Shown piece after piece: positions 1 to 8,277 of a DNA stretch of 64,000 nt (the first letter of the stretch is position 1; the number at the start of each line of letters is the position of its first letter). The notes under the pieces were generated by a model, which was given only the letters and a program-made list of their open reading frames with translations, made no database searches and was not told the DNA's origin. Source of the DNA: Gaiella sp. (lineage in GTDB: Bacteria; Actinomycetota; Thermoleophilia; Gaiellales; Gaiellaceae); NCBI GenBank assembly GCA_036406535.1, contig DASXAW010000122.1, forward strand, positions 231 through 64,230, written 5' to 3'. A program made the translations under genes and the position numbers.

Positions 1-153
1 CATCAGTGCGTACGCGAGCGTGGACTTGCCCGAGCCGTTCGGCCCCATGATCGCGTGCTTGGAGTTCGTGTCGACCGCGAGGTCGACGCCCTTGACGATC
101 TCGGTGCCGTCCTCCAGCCCGACGTGCAGGTTCGTGATCTCGAGCAGTGCCAT
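1..153 (-). CDS. sufC: Fe-S cluster assembly ATPase SufC, N-terminal part (runs off window edge)
   Basis: Manual translation from ATG 153: MALLEITNLHVGLEDGTEIVKGVDLAVDTNSKHAIMGPNGSGKSTLAYALM, with Walker A and the SufC-typical HAIMGPNGSGKSTL. Not in the ORF track. Confidence 0.85.
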   Translation of the reverse strand, partial: MALLEITNLHVGLEDGTEIVKGVDLAVDTNSKHAIMGPNGSGKSTLAYALM

Positions 154-239
154 CTGATCCGATGGTAGCGACGACTGGGCTCTTCCAGCCCGATTCCCGG
201 CTCGGGCCGCTCGGCAGGGGAAACCGCTACGCTCTCCGC

Positions 240-473
240 ATGCCATTCGGAATCGGCATTTGGGAGCTCCTGATCCTGCTCCTCGTGCTGCTCCTCGTCT
301 TCGGGCCGAAGCGGCTTCCGGAGATGGGCCGCCAGCTGGGGAAGGGCATGCGGGAGTTCAAGGAATCGGTGTCCGGCAAGGACGACGACCCCGTGGACGA
401 CATGGCGGAGCTCCCGCCCCCGGAGCCGTCGGCCCCCGCGACCCCGTCCCGCGAGCGCGACACCGTTTCCTAG
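240..473 (+). CDS. tatA: Twin-arginine translocase subunit TatA
   Basis: MPFGIGIWELLILLLVLLLVFGPKRLPEMGRQLGKGMREFK signature; TACGCT 6 nt upstream of ATG 240. Confidence 0.95.
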   Translation: MPFGIGIWELLILLLVLLLVFGPKRLPEMGRQLGKGMREFKESVSGKDDDPVDDMAELPPPEPSAPATPSRERDTVS

Positions 474-488
474 CCCCGTCGCCGCGCG

Positions 489-1253
489 ATGGCCCGCATG
501 CTGCCGCGGCGCCTCGGCCACCACGAGGAAGCGAGCCTCGTCGAGCACCTCACGGAGCTCAGGCATCGCCTGTTCATCTGTCTCGGCTCGCTGATCCCGG
601 CGTTCGCGCTCGCGTACGCGTTCCACGACGACCTCATCGACCGGCTCAAGGACCTGCTGCCCGCGGGGACGCCGCTCGTGACGTTCGGCGTGACGGAGCC
701 GTTCATCACCTCCCTCAAGGTGAGCTTCTACGCCGCGATCGCGCTCGTGCTGCCGATCATCCTGTGGCAGATCTGGGCGTTCCTCGCCCCCGCCGTGACG
801 GAGGAGACGCAGCGCGTGCTCGGCGTGTTCGTCGTCCTCTCCACCGCGCTCTTCGCCGCGGGCGTCGCGTTCTGCTACGTCGTCGTCCTCCCGAAGGCGC
901 TGACGTTCCTCGTCGACTACGACTCCGAGCTCTACACGACGCAGATCCGGGCGAGCTACTACCTCTCGTTCGTCACCTTGACGCTGCTCGCGTTCGGGAT
1001 CGCCTTCGAGATGCCGATCTTCGTCCTCGCCCTCGTCCGGATCGGCGTGCTCACCTCCGCGCGGCTGCGCAGCAACCGCCGCATCGGGTACGTGCTGATG
1101 CTCGTCTTCGCAATCCTCCTGCCGACCGTCGACCCCGTCTCGCTCGCGCTCGAGGTCGCGCCCCTCCTCGTCCTGTACGAGCTCTCGATCTGGGTCTCCG
1201 TCGTGATGGAGCGCCGCTGGGAGCGGTCTGCCGCGGAAGCAGAAGCGCTGTGA
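489..1253 (+). CDS. tatC: Twin-arginine translocase subunit TatC
   Basis: SLVEHLTELRHRL, EPF, QIWAFLAPA, FEMP motifs; about 6 TM helices; follows tatA. Confidence 0.95.
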   Translation: MARMLPRRLGHHEEASLVEHLTELRHRLFICLGSLIPAFALAYAFHDDLIDRLKDLLPAGTPLVTFGVTEPFITSLKVSFYAAIALVLPIILWQIWAFLAPAVTEETQRVLGVFVVLSTALFAAGVAFCYVVVLPKALTFLVDYDSELYTTQIRASYYLSFVTLTLLAFGIAFEMPIFVLALVRIGVLTSARLRSNRRIGYVLMLVFAILLPTVDPVSLALEVAPLLVLYELSIWVSVVMERRWERSAAEAEAL

Positions 1254-2527
1254 GGATCCTCTCCGCCGACTGGGTCGTCCCTGTCGAGGGCGATCCGCTC
1301 CGCGACGGCGCCGTGGCGATCGCCGACGACGGGACGATCGCCGCCGTCGGTCCGGCGGCCGAGCTCGGGACGGGCGAGCGCTTCGAGGGCTGCGCGATCG
1401 TCCCGGGGTTCGTCGACTGCCACTCGCACCTGGAGTACGCCGTCTACGCGGGCTTCGGCGACGGGCTTCCGTTCTCCGCGTGGATCGGCATGCACGTCGC
1501 GCGGAAGAGCCTCCTCGACGCCGGCGACATGCGGGCGATCGCGACCGACGGCGCCCTCGAGTGCCTCCGGTCGGGGATCACGACGATCGGCGACTGCAGC
1601 TTCTCCGGCGCTGCGGCCGAGGCGGCGGCGCAGACGGGGCTCCGCGCGATCGTCTACCTCGAGGTCTTCGGCCGCGACGTCTCCGCGCTCGCGCGCTTCG
1701 AGGAGCTCCGCGAGCAGGTCGAGCCGGCGCTCTCGGACCGTGTCCGCCTCGGCGTCTCGCCGCACGCGCCGTACACCTGCACGCTCGAGCTGTACGAGGC
1801 GTGCGCGGGGCTGGGCCTGCCCATGGCGACGCACCTTGCGGAGAGCGTCTCGGAACGCCTCTATCTCCTCGACGGCTCCGGCGACTGGGCGTCGTTCGCC
1901 GAGCTGCTCGTCCCCCCGCCCGGGACCACGGGGATCCGCCTGCTCTCCGCGGCCGGATTGCTCGGGCCGGCGGTGCTGGCGGCCCACTGCGTCGACGTGG
2001 ACGCGGACGAGATCCGACTCCTCGCCGACACCGGCATCGGCGTCGCGCACTGTCCGCGCTCGAACGGCTACCTGGGATGCGGCGTCGCGCCCGTCGAGGA
2101 GCTGCTGGCCGCCGGGATCCCGGTCGGCATCGCCACGGACAGTCCGGCGTCGACACCGTCGTTCGACCTGTTCGAGGAGCTCCGGACCGCGATCGTCGCC
2201 GCCCGCGCCCGGGCGGGCCGACCGGACGTGCTGTCCGCAGCGCGGGCGCTCGAGCTGGCGACCCTGGGCGGCGCCCGCGTGCTCGGCATCGACCGAGAGG
2301 TCGGCTCCGTGGTCCCGGGAAAGCTCGCGGACCTCGCCGTCGTCTCGCTCGAGGGCTCTCCCTTCGACCCCGTCGAGGACCCCGCCACGGCCGTCGTCCT
2401 GGGCGGGTCGCCGGATCGGGTTGCAGCTACTCTCGTACACGGCGAGGATCGCTACCGACGAGGGACGAGCGAATGGCCCGATTCGAGAAGAGCCGCCCGA
2501 AGAGCGCGAAGCCGCATGCTGCCGTAG
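1250..2527 (+). CDS. Metal-dependent amidohydrolase (MtaD/SsnA-like deaminase family)
   Basis: GTGA overlap with tatC stop; PGFVDCHSH, THLAES, HCPRSN, ATDS, GKLADL motifs. Confidence 0.85.
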   Translation: MRILSADWVVPVEGDPLRDGAVAIADDGTIAAVGPAAELGTGERFEGCAIVPGFVDCHSHLEYAVYAGFGDGLPFSAWIGMHVARKSLLDAGDMRAIATDGALECLRSGITTIGDCSFSGAAAEAAAQTGLRAIVYLEVFGRDVSALARFEELREQVEPALSDRVRLGVSPHAPYTCTLELYEACAGLGLPMATHLAESVSERLYLLDGSGDWASFAELLVPPPGTTGIRLLSAAGLLGPAVLAAHCVDVDADEIRLLADTGIGVAHCPRSNGYLGCGVAPVEELLAAGIPVGIATDSPASTPSFDLFEELRTAIVAARARAGRPDVLSAARALELATLGGARVLGIDREVGSVVPGKLADLAVVSLEGSPFDPVEDPATAVVLGGSPDRVAATLVHGEDRYRRGTSEWPDSRRAARRARSRMLP

Positions 2528-3315
2528 CGCCGCGGCCGCGCGCCTCGACGGCGCCGTCGATCGAGGACACGATGTTCTTCCCGCGGCTCCGCCGCCACGC
2601 GAAGTGGATGTTCGTGTTCCTCGCGCTCGTCTTCGCGCTGGGCTTCGTCGTGTTCGGCGTCGGTGCCGGCGGCACGGGGATCGGCGACATCTTCCGCGAC
2701 CAGGGCGGCACGAGCTCCGGCCAGTCCGTCTCCGACGCGCAGAAGGAAGCGGCCGACCATCCGAAGGACCCGCAGGCATGGCGCAACCTCTCGACCGCGC
2801 TCCAGACGGAGGGCGACACCGCCGGCGCGATCGACGCACTCAACCAGGCGATCGCCCTCCGTCCGAAGTCCGCCGACGCCTACCGCGAGCTCGCCGGTCT
2901 CCATCTCACACGGGTCAGCGAGTACCAGCAGCAGCTCCAGCAGGCGCAGATCACCGCCGCGTTCCAGGCGCCGGGCACGGCGTTCCCGTCCCTGACGACG
3001 AAGTCGGGCCAGGCGACCCTCACCGATCCGCTCGAGAACGCGATCAGCACCGGCTCCTCCAACGACTTCTCGGCCCTGTACCAGCAGGCGTCGGCCGAGG
3101 CCGCGGCCGCGGTAGACGCCTACACGAAGCTCGCTGCGATCCAGCCGAACGACCCGAACGTCCAGCTCGAGCTCGCGCAGGCCGCACAGCAGGTCGGGGA
3201 CGCGACGACCGCGATCGCCGCGTACCAGAGGTTCCTGAAGCTCTCCCCCGACGACCCGAACGCGGGCGTCGTCCGGGCACAGTTGAAGCAGCTGCGCAAG
3301 AACGCCTCGGGATAG
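2473..3315 (+). CDS. Membrane-anchored tetratricopeptide-repeat protein
   Basis: N-terminal TM (WMFVFLALVFALGFVVFGVG) and TPR-like repeats (AIDALNQAIALRP; AIAAYQRFLKLSPDD). Start may be ATG 2572. Confidence 0.75.
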   Translation: MARFEKSRPKSAKPHAAVAPRPRASTAPSIEDTMFFPRLRRHAKWMFVFLALVFALGFVVFGVGAGGTGIGDIFRDQGGTSSGQSVSDAQKEAADHPKDPQAWRNLSTALQTEGDTAGAIDALNQAIALRPKSADAYRELAGLHLTRVSEYQQQLQQAQITAAFQAPGTAFPSLTTKSGQATLTDPLENAISTGSSNDFSALYQQASAEAAAAVDAYTKLAAIQPNDPNVQLELAQAAQQVGDATTAIAAYQRFLKLSPDDPNAGVVRAQLKQLRKNASG

Positions 3316-3327
3316 ACTCGCTCCCGC

Positions 3328-4041
3328 GTGGAGCGCTCGCTGTCAACCTCTCTGCGCAGGCGCCCCGCGCAGGTCGCCGCGCTCGTCGTTCTCGCCCTCG
3401 CCGGGGCGCTCCTGCTCGCCGCGTGCGGCGACACGGTCGGCTACACCGAGGCGTCGTCCGGGGACCGCATCAAGGGCAAGGAGCTCTTCAAGCAGGGCTG
3501 CGGCAGCTGCCACACGCTCGCAGACGCGGGCACGACGGGGACGATCGGGCCGAACCTCGACTACGCGTTCCTCCAGTCCCGGAAGGACGGCCTCGGCGAG
3601 GACACGATCCTCCAGGTGGTGCGCGACCAGATGGCGTACGCCGTCACGACCCCGTCGACCGGCGCGCCCGGGATGCCGCGGAACATCTTCACCGGCCAGG
3701 ACGCCGACGACGTCGCGACGTACGTCGCCTCGGTCGCCGGGCTCGACGCGAGCGGCCGGCCGATCAACCCCGCCAACCCGCCGAAGCCTGCCGGCCCGGG
3801 CGGAGCGACCGACGGGAAGACCGTGTTCGCGACCGCGGGCTGCACCGGGTGCCACACGCTGAAGGCGGCGGGCTCGACCGGCACGGTCGGGCCGAACCTC
3901 GACGAGGCGAAGCCCCCGAAGGCGCTCGTGATCGACCGCGTCACGAACGGCCAGGGCGGGATGCCGTCGTTCAAGGGCCAGCTCAGCGACGCTCAGATCG
4001 AGGCGGTCGCCGACTACGTCTCGCAGAACGCCGGCAAGTAG
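3328..4041 (+). CDS. Diheme cytochrome c lipoprotein
   Basis: Lipobox LLAAC; two CxxCH motifs (CGSCH, CTGCH), each with a downstream GMP axial Met. Confidence 0.9.
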   Translation: MERSLSTSLRRRPAQVAALVVLALAGALLLAACGDTVGYTEASSGDRIKGKELFKQGCGSCHTLADAGTTGTIGPNLDYAFLQSRKDGLGEDTILQVVRDQMAYAVTTPSTGAPGMPRNIFTGQDADDVATYVASVAGLDASGRPINPANPPKPAGPGGATDGKTVFATAGCTGCHTLKAAGSTGTVGPNLDEAKPPKALVIDRVTNGQGGMPSFKGQLSDAQIEAVADYVSQNAGK

Positions 4042-4089
4042 CCCGGTGCTTCGCCTCGCGGCGCCGGGATAGGTGCAATCGCGAGGCGA

Positions 4090-4740
4090 CTACGCCTCGC
4101 GGGCCGACTCCGTCACGACCCCGAGATCCACGACGACGTGCGTGACCGGCACGTCGTACCGGTGACGCGCCTGCTCCACGACGCCCTGCTCGAGCCAGTG
4201 CGAACGCCCCGGGGGATGCGTCGAGACGACGATCTCGTCGGCCGGGAACTCACGGAGCGCGTCCTCGAGCGCCTGGAGCGGGTCGCCGTCTCCGATCTCC
4301 CCGCGCGCACTCACGCCCGCCGCCGCCAGCCGCGCGAGGCTCGCGTCGAGGCGCTCCTGGGCGTCGGCGCGCGCGGGATCCTCGTCCGACGTCCACGTGC
4401 GCACGCGAGAGTTGAGCGCGGGGCAGATCAGCAGCATCTCCTCGTCGACGCCCTCGGCCTTCGTGTCGAGGAGCGCGAAGAGCTCCTCGCCACCGACCGT
4501 CTCGTTCGCGATCACGAGGATCCGGCGCGACGGGCCCTCGTCGCGCACGACGTGCGCCTGCGGCGGGCGCTGCATGAGGCCGCCGCGGATCGCCCAGAGC
4601 GCGGCGCCCACGAGGACGATGAACACCGCCAGCCCGAGCCACGTGTTGATCCATGCTGCGATCACCACGAGGACGGCGCCCCCCAGCGTGATCAGGACGA
4701 CCTGGAAGGCCGACGCCTCGTCGCGCAGCGGGTTCTTCAC
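4090..4740 (-). CDS. Membrane-anchored universal-stress-protein-like domain protein
   Basis: Two N-terminal TM helices, then RILVIANETV...GDGDP...ADEIVVSTHP...SHWLE...PVTHVV; AGGAG 6 nt before GTG 4740. Confidence 0.75.
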   Translation of the reverse strand: MKNPLRDEASAFQVVLITLGGAVLVVIAAWINTWLGLAVFIVLVGAALWAIRGGLMQRPPQAHVVRDEGPSRRILVIANETVGGEELFALLDTKAEGVDEEMLLICPALNSRVRTWTSDEDPARADAQERLDASLARLAAAGVSARGEIGDGDPLQALEDALREFPADEIVVSTHPPGRSHWLEQGVVEQARHRYDVPVTHVVVDLGVVTESAREA

Positions 4741-4754
4741 GATGCGCTCCTGCG

Positions 4755-4863
4755 GGACATGGCTCCTGGATGTAGAGGGCCAGTTCGGGTCACGGCACCA
4801 GGGGAGACCGTTCCCCAAGAGTGCCGAAACGAATCACCGTTCGCCACCCGTCGAGCCTCGCCC
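4755..4863 (-). ncRNA. Candidate structured RNA: long rod with central bubble (6S-like or cis-regulatory leader)
   Basis: Nested pairings on the minus strand: GGGCG/TGTCC, GGCTC/GAGCC, GGGTG/CATCC, bubble, TTCG/CGAA, CGGCAC/GTGCCG, GGGGA/TCCCC. G-U pairs favour the minus strand. Confidence 0.45.
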
Positions 4864-4868
4864 GGCCT

Positions 4869-5483
4869 CTACAACACGTAGACGGCGAAGAACACGACGA
4901 TCCACATGACGTCGACGAAGTGCCAGTAGATCCCGGGGATCTCGACGCCGTGGTGGTGCTCCGCCGAGAAATGGCCCTTGAAGGCGCGCACGGCGGAGAT
5001 GGTGAGCAGGGAGAGCCCGACGGCGACGTGCGCCCCGTGGAGCCCCGTCAGGCCGAAGAAGACCGACGCGAAGGCCCCGTCGCCGGTGTTGAAGCCGACG
5101 TGGGCGTACTCGACGAGCTGCGTGCAGAGGAACGCCGCGCCGAGGAGGATGGTGCAGACGAGGCCGGCCCGAAGACCGTTCCGGTCGTTGCGCTTGATCG
5201 ACTGGGTCGCCCAGTGGATCGTGAAGCTCGACGTGACCAGGATCGCGGTGTTCACGCCTGCGACGAACACCGGGAACTCGTAGGGCGGCGGCGGCCACTC
5301 GGCGGGGGCGAGCGGGTTGACGACGCGCACGAAGAAGTACGCCGTGAAGAACGCGCCGAAGAGCATCGCCTCGGAGGCGATGAACAGAAACATCCCGAGG
5401 GTCGTCGGATCGAGCCGTGAGCTGCGGTTCGCAGGAGGCGGGCCGTGGTGGACGTGCCCGGATGCCTCGGCGTGGGCGCTCAT
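4869..5483 (-). CDS. ctaE: Cytochrome c oxidase subunit III
   Basis: GMFLFIASEAMLFGAFF, NTAILVTSS, LTGLHGAHV, YWHFVDVMW. Confidence 0.95.
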   Translation of the reverse strand: MSAHAEASGHVHHGPPPANRSSRLDPTTLGMFLFIASEAMLFGAFFTAYFFVRVVNPLAPAEWPPPPYEFPVFVAGVNTAILVTSSFTIHWATQSIKRNDRNGLRAGLVCTILLGAAFLCTQLVEYAHVGFNTGDGAFASVFFGLTGLHGAHVAVGLSLLTISAVRAFKGHFSAEHHHGVEIPGIYWHFVDVMWIVVFFAVYVL

Positions 5484-6349
5484 CGTGCCCCCACCGGTGC
5501 CGCGGCCGTCTCGTCGGCGACGATGTGCTCCACGGGCACGCCCGCATCCTTGCGGAGCCGCTCGACGACGTCGCGACGCAGCCAGCCCGAGCGCTCGCCC
5601 GCGAAGGTCGAGACGATCACCTCGTCGACGCGCTCGTCCTGGATCACCTGCATCGCGGCCGTGTACGGGTCCGGATGGGCGACCTGGCCGTGCGCCTCGA
5701 TTCCCTCGTCGCGGAGCGTCGCGAGCGCGGTGCGCAGGCGCCGCTCGGCGTCCGGGTGCCCCGCCTGGCTCGGGTCGGACTGCGGGCACACGATCAGGAA
5801 GGCCGCGGGGCCTTCGGCAGCTCGCCGACGGATCCGCTGCAGGAGCGGCTCGCCCAGCACCGTCTCGTTCGCGACCACGAGGACGTTCGCCTGGCCGGTC
5901 CGCGCCGCGACATCCGACACGACGTGCGTCAGGGGCCGGTCTCCCGCGATGCGCCGGATCGCGTCGAGCACGTTCCGGCGCCGCAGCCAGCCGGACGTCT
6001 CCTCGGGGTGCGTCGAGACGATCAGCTCGTCGATCGGCTCCTGGGCGAGGACGTCCTCCACCGCCGTCACCGGCCCTCCCTCGTAGACGTCGCCGTGCGC
6101 GGGGATCCCCGCGACGCGAAGCGCTTCGACCATCCGGTCGAGCCGGCGGCCCGCAGACGCCCGCCGCGAGTTCCGGTAGACGACGTACCCGGAGCGCGGG
6201 TCGTTCACCGGCGCGACGACCACGGCGCGGATCGGGCCTTCGGCGGCCCGGCGGCGAACCGCGTCCACGAGCTCCTCGCCCACGAGCGTCTCGTTTGCGA
6301 CGACGAGCACGCGCTTCGCCTCCTCCTGCTCGCCCGGCTGCTCGCTCAT
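5480..6349 (-). CDS. Tandem USP-like domain protein
   Basis: Two copies of VLVVANET...IVST...SGWLRR...H; overlaps ctaD and ctaE by 4 nt each. Confidence 0.8.
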   Translation of the reverse strand: MSEQPGEQEEAKRVLVVANETLVGEELVDAVRRRAAEGPIRAVVVAPVNDPRSGYVVYRNSRRASAGRRLDRMVEALRVAGIPAHGDVYEGGPVTAVEDVLAQEPIDELIVSTHPEETSGWLRRRNVLDAIRRIAGDRPLTHVVSDVAARTGQANVLVVANETVLGEPLLQRIRRRAAEGPAAFLIVCPQSDPSQAGHPDAERRLRTALATLRDEGIEAHGQVAHPDPYTAAMQVIQDERVDEVIVSTFAGERSGWLRRDVVERLRKDAGVPVEHIVADETAAAPVGAR

Positions 6350-8277
6350 GCGTGCGTCTCCTGGAGCGCGCCACCCTTCAGGACGACGTGTTTGGCGCCG
6401 GGCACGCCGTACTCGTACGGACTGCCGACGACCTGCGGGATCTCGTCGAAGTTGAAGACCGGCGGCGGCGACGACACCTGCCACTCGATCGTCATCGCCT
6501 TCCATGGGTTGGACTCGGCGATCGGGCCGCGCGCCCAGCTCGTGATCATGTTGTAGACGAACACGACAACAGAGGCGCCGAGGACGAACGAGAAGATCGA
6601 GATCACCATGTTGATCGCCCCGTACGTTCCGGCGTAGTCCGCCACGCGACGCGGCATCCCGTCGAGGCCGACCCAGTGCATCGGGAAGAACGTCGCGTTG
6701 AAGGCGACGAACGTCAGCCAGAAGTGGAGCTTGCCGAGGCGCTCGTCGTACATCCGCCCGGTCATCTTCGGGAACCAGTAGTAGATCCCGGCGAAGATCG
6801 TGAACACCGAGCCGCCGAACAGCACGTAGTGGATGTGCGCGACGATGAAGTACGTGTCCGAGGCGTGGATGTCGATCGGCACGGCGGCGAGGTAGATCCC
6901 CGAGAGGCCGCCGATCACGAACGTCGAGATGAAGCCGAGCGCGAAGAGCATCGGCGTGTTCAGGTGGAGCTTCCCCTCCCAGAGGGTCGCGAGCCACGAG
7001 AACACCTTGATCCCCGTCGGGACGGCAATCAGCAGGGTCGTGATCATCATCGGGATCCGCAGCCAGTCGGCCATGCCCGCGACGAACATGTGGTGCGCCC
7101 ACACCGAGAACGCGAGCACGAGGATCCCGATCAGCGAGATCGCCATCAGCCGGTAGCCGAAGATCGGTTTTCGGCTGAAGACGGAGATGATCTCCGAGAT
7201 GATCCCGAACCCCGGCAGCACCATGATGTACACCGCCGGGTGCGAGTAGAACCAGAAGATGTGCTGGTAGCCGAGCACGTATCCGCCGTTGTCCGGCGTG
7301 AAGAAGCTCGTGTGCATCACCCGGTCGAACATCACGAAGAACTGCGAGCCGGCGATGAACGGCGTCGCGATGACGACGAGGAGCGACGTCGTGAAGTTCG
7401 CCCAGACGAGCAGCGGCATCCGCCAGAAGGTCATTCCCGGGGCGCGCATCGTGATGATCGTGACGAGGAAGTTCAGGGCGGTCGCGATCGACGACGCGCC
7501 CGCCCACTGGACGCCCATGTTGAAGAACACCTGGCCGAACGGCTGCTCCGACGCGAGCGGCGCGTAGCTCGTCCAGCCCGTCGCGAACGCCCCGCCCGGC
7601 GCGAGGAAGCTCGCGAGAAACAGCGTCCCGGCGACCGGCAGCATCCAGAACGAGAGCGCGTTGAGGCGTGGGAACGCCATGTCCGGCGCGCCCAGCATCA
7701 GCGGCACGGCGAAGTTCGCGAGGCCGGCGAACGCCGGGATGATGAAGACGAAGATCATCAGTGTCGCGTGCGCCGACACGAGCCCGTTGAAGGTCTGCGT
7801 GTCGAAGAACTGCATGCCGGGCTGCGCCAGCTCCGCCCGGAAGAGCATCGCCAGGAACCCGCCGACGATGAAGAAGAAGAACGTCGTGACGAGGTACTGG
7901 ACCCCGATCACCTTGTGGTCGGTGTTGACCTTGAAGTAGTCCGTCCAGCGGTACGCGCCGTGGTTCGCGTGGTCGTCGACGAGCGTCGGTCGCCCCGAGA
8001 TCCAGTACAGCCAGTAGTCGAATGCGCCGAGACCGAGGAGGAAGCCGATCGGCGCCGTGACCATCCCCGCGATGAGGACGATGATCTCCCAGTCGTAGAC
8101 GGGGTCCCAGCCGAAGATCCAGCGGAACGTCACGACGAGGTACATCCCGATGAAGAAGAAGGCCGCGGTCACCCAGGCGGCACGCACCCAGCCCGGACGC
8201 ATCAGCAGCCCGCGCCGCCGGGGCGTGTCCCCGTGGCCGGTGCCGTGCTGCGTCGGTGCGTGGGTGGTGCTGGTCAC
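6346..8277 (-). CDS. ctaD: Cytochrome c oxidase subunit I, A2 type
   Basis: TDHKVIG, PDMAFPRLN, FWFYSHPAVY, WAHHMF, AHIHY, GMPRR. Confidence 0.97.
   Translation of the reverse strand: MTSTTHAPTQHGTGHGDTPRRRGLLMRPGWVRAAWVTAAFFFIGMYLVVTFRWIFGWDPVYDWEIIVLIAGMVTAPIGFLLGLGAFDYWLYWISGRPTLVDDHANHGAYRWTDYFKVNTDHKVIGVQYLVTTFFFFIVGGFLAMLFRAELAQPGMQFFDTQTFNGLVSAHATLMIFVFIIPAFAGLANFAVPLMLGAPDMAFPRLNALSFWMLPVAGTLFLASFLAPGGAFATGWTSYAPLASEQPFGQVFFNMGVQWAGASSIATALNFLVTIITMRAPGMTFWRMPLLVWANFTTSLLVVIATPFIAGSQFFVMFDRVMHTSFFTPDNGGYVLGYQHIFWFYSHPAVYIMVLPGFGIISEIISVFSRKPIFGYRLMAISLIGILVLAFSVWAHHMFVAGMADWLRIPMMITTLLIAVPTGIKVFSWLATLWEGKLHLNTPMLFALGFISTFVIGGLSGIYLAAVPIDIHASDTYFIVAHIHYVLFGGSVFTIFAGIYYWFPKMTGRMYDERLGKLHFWLTFVAFNATFFPMHWVGLDGMPRRVADYAGTYGAINMVISIFSFVLGASVVVFVYNMITSWARGPIAESNPWKAMTIEWQVSSPPPVFNFDEIPQVVGSPYEYGVPGAKHVVLKGGALQETHA

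Noticed and set aside
4755-4863. SRP (4.5S) RNA or SECIS interpretation of the rod
   Set aside because: Lacks the SRP domain IV CAGG...GGAA...AGCAG motif and has no in-frame UGA context.
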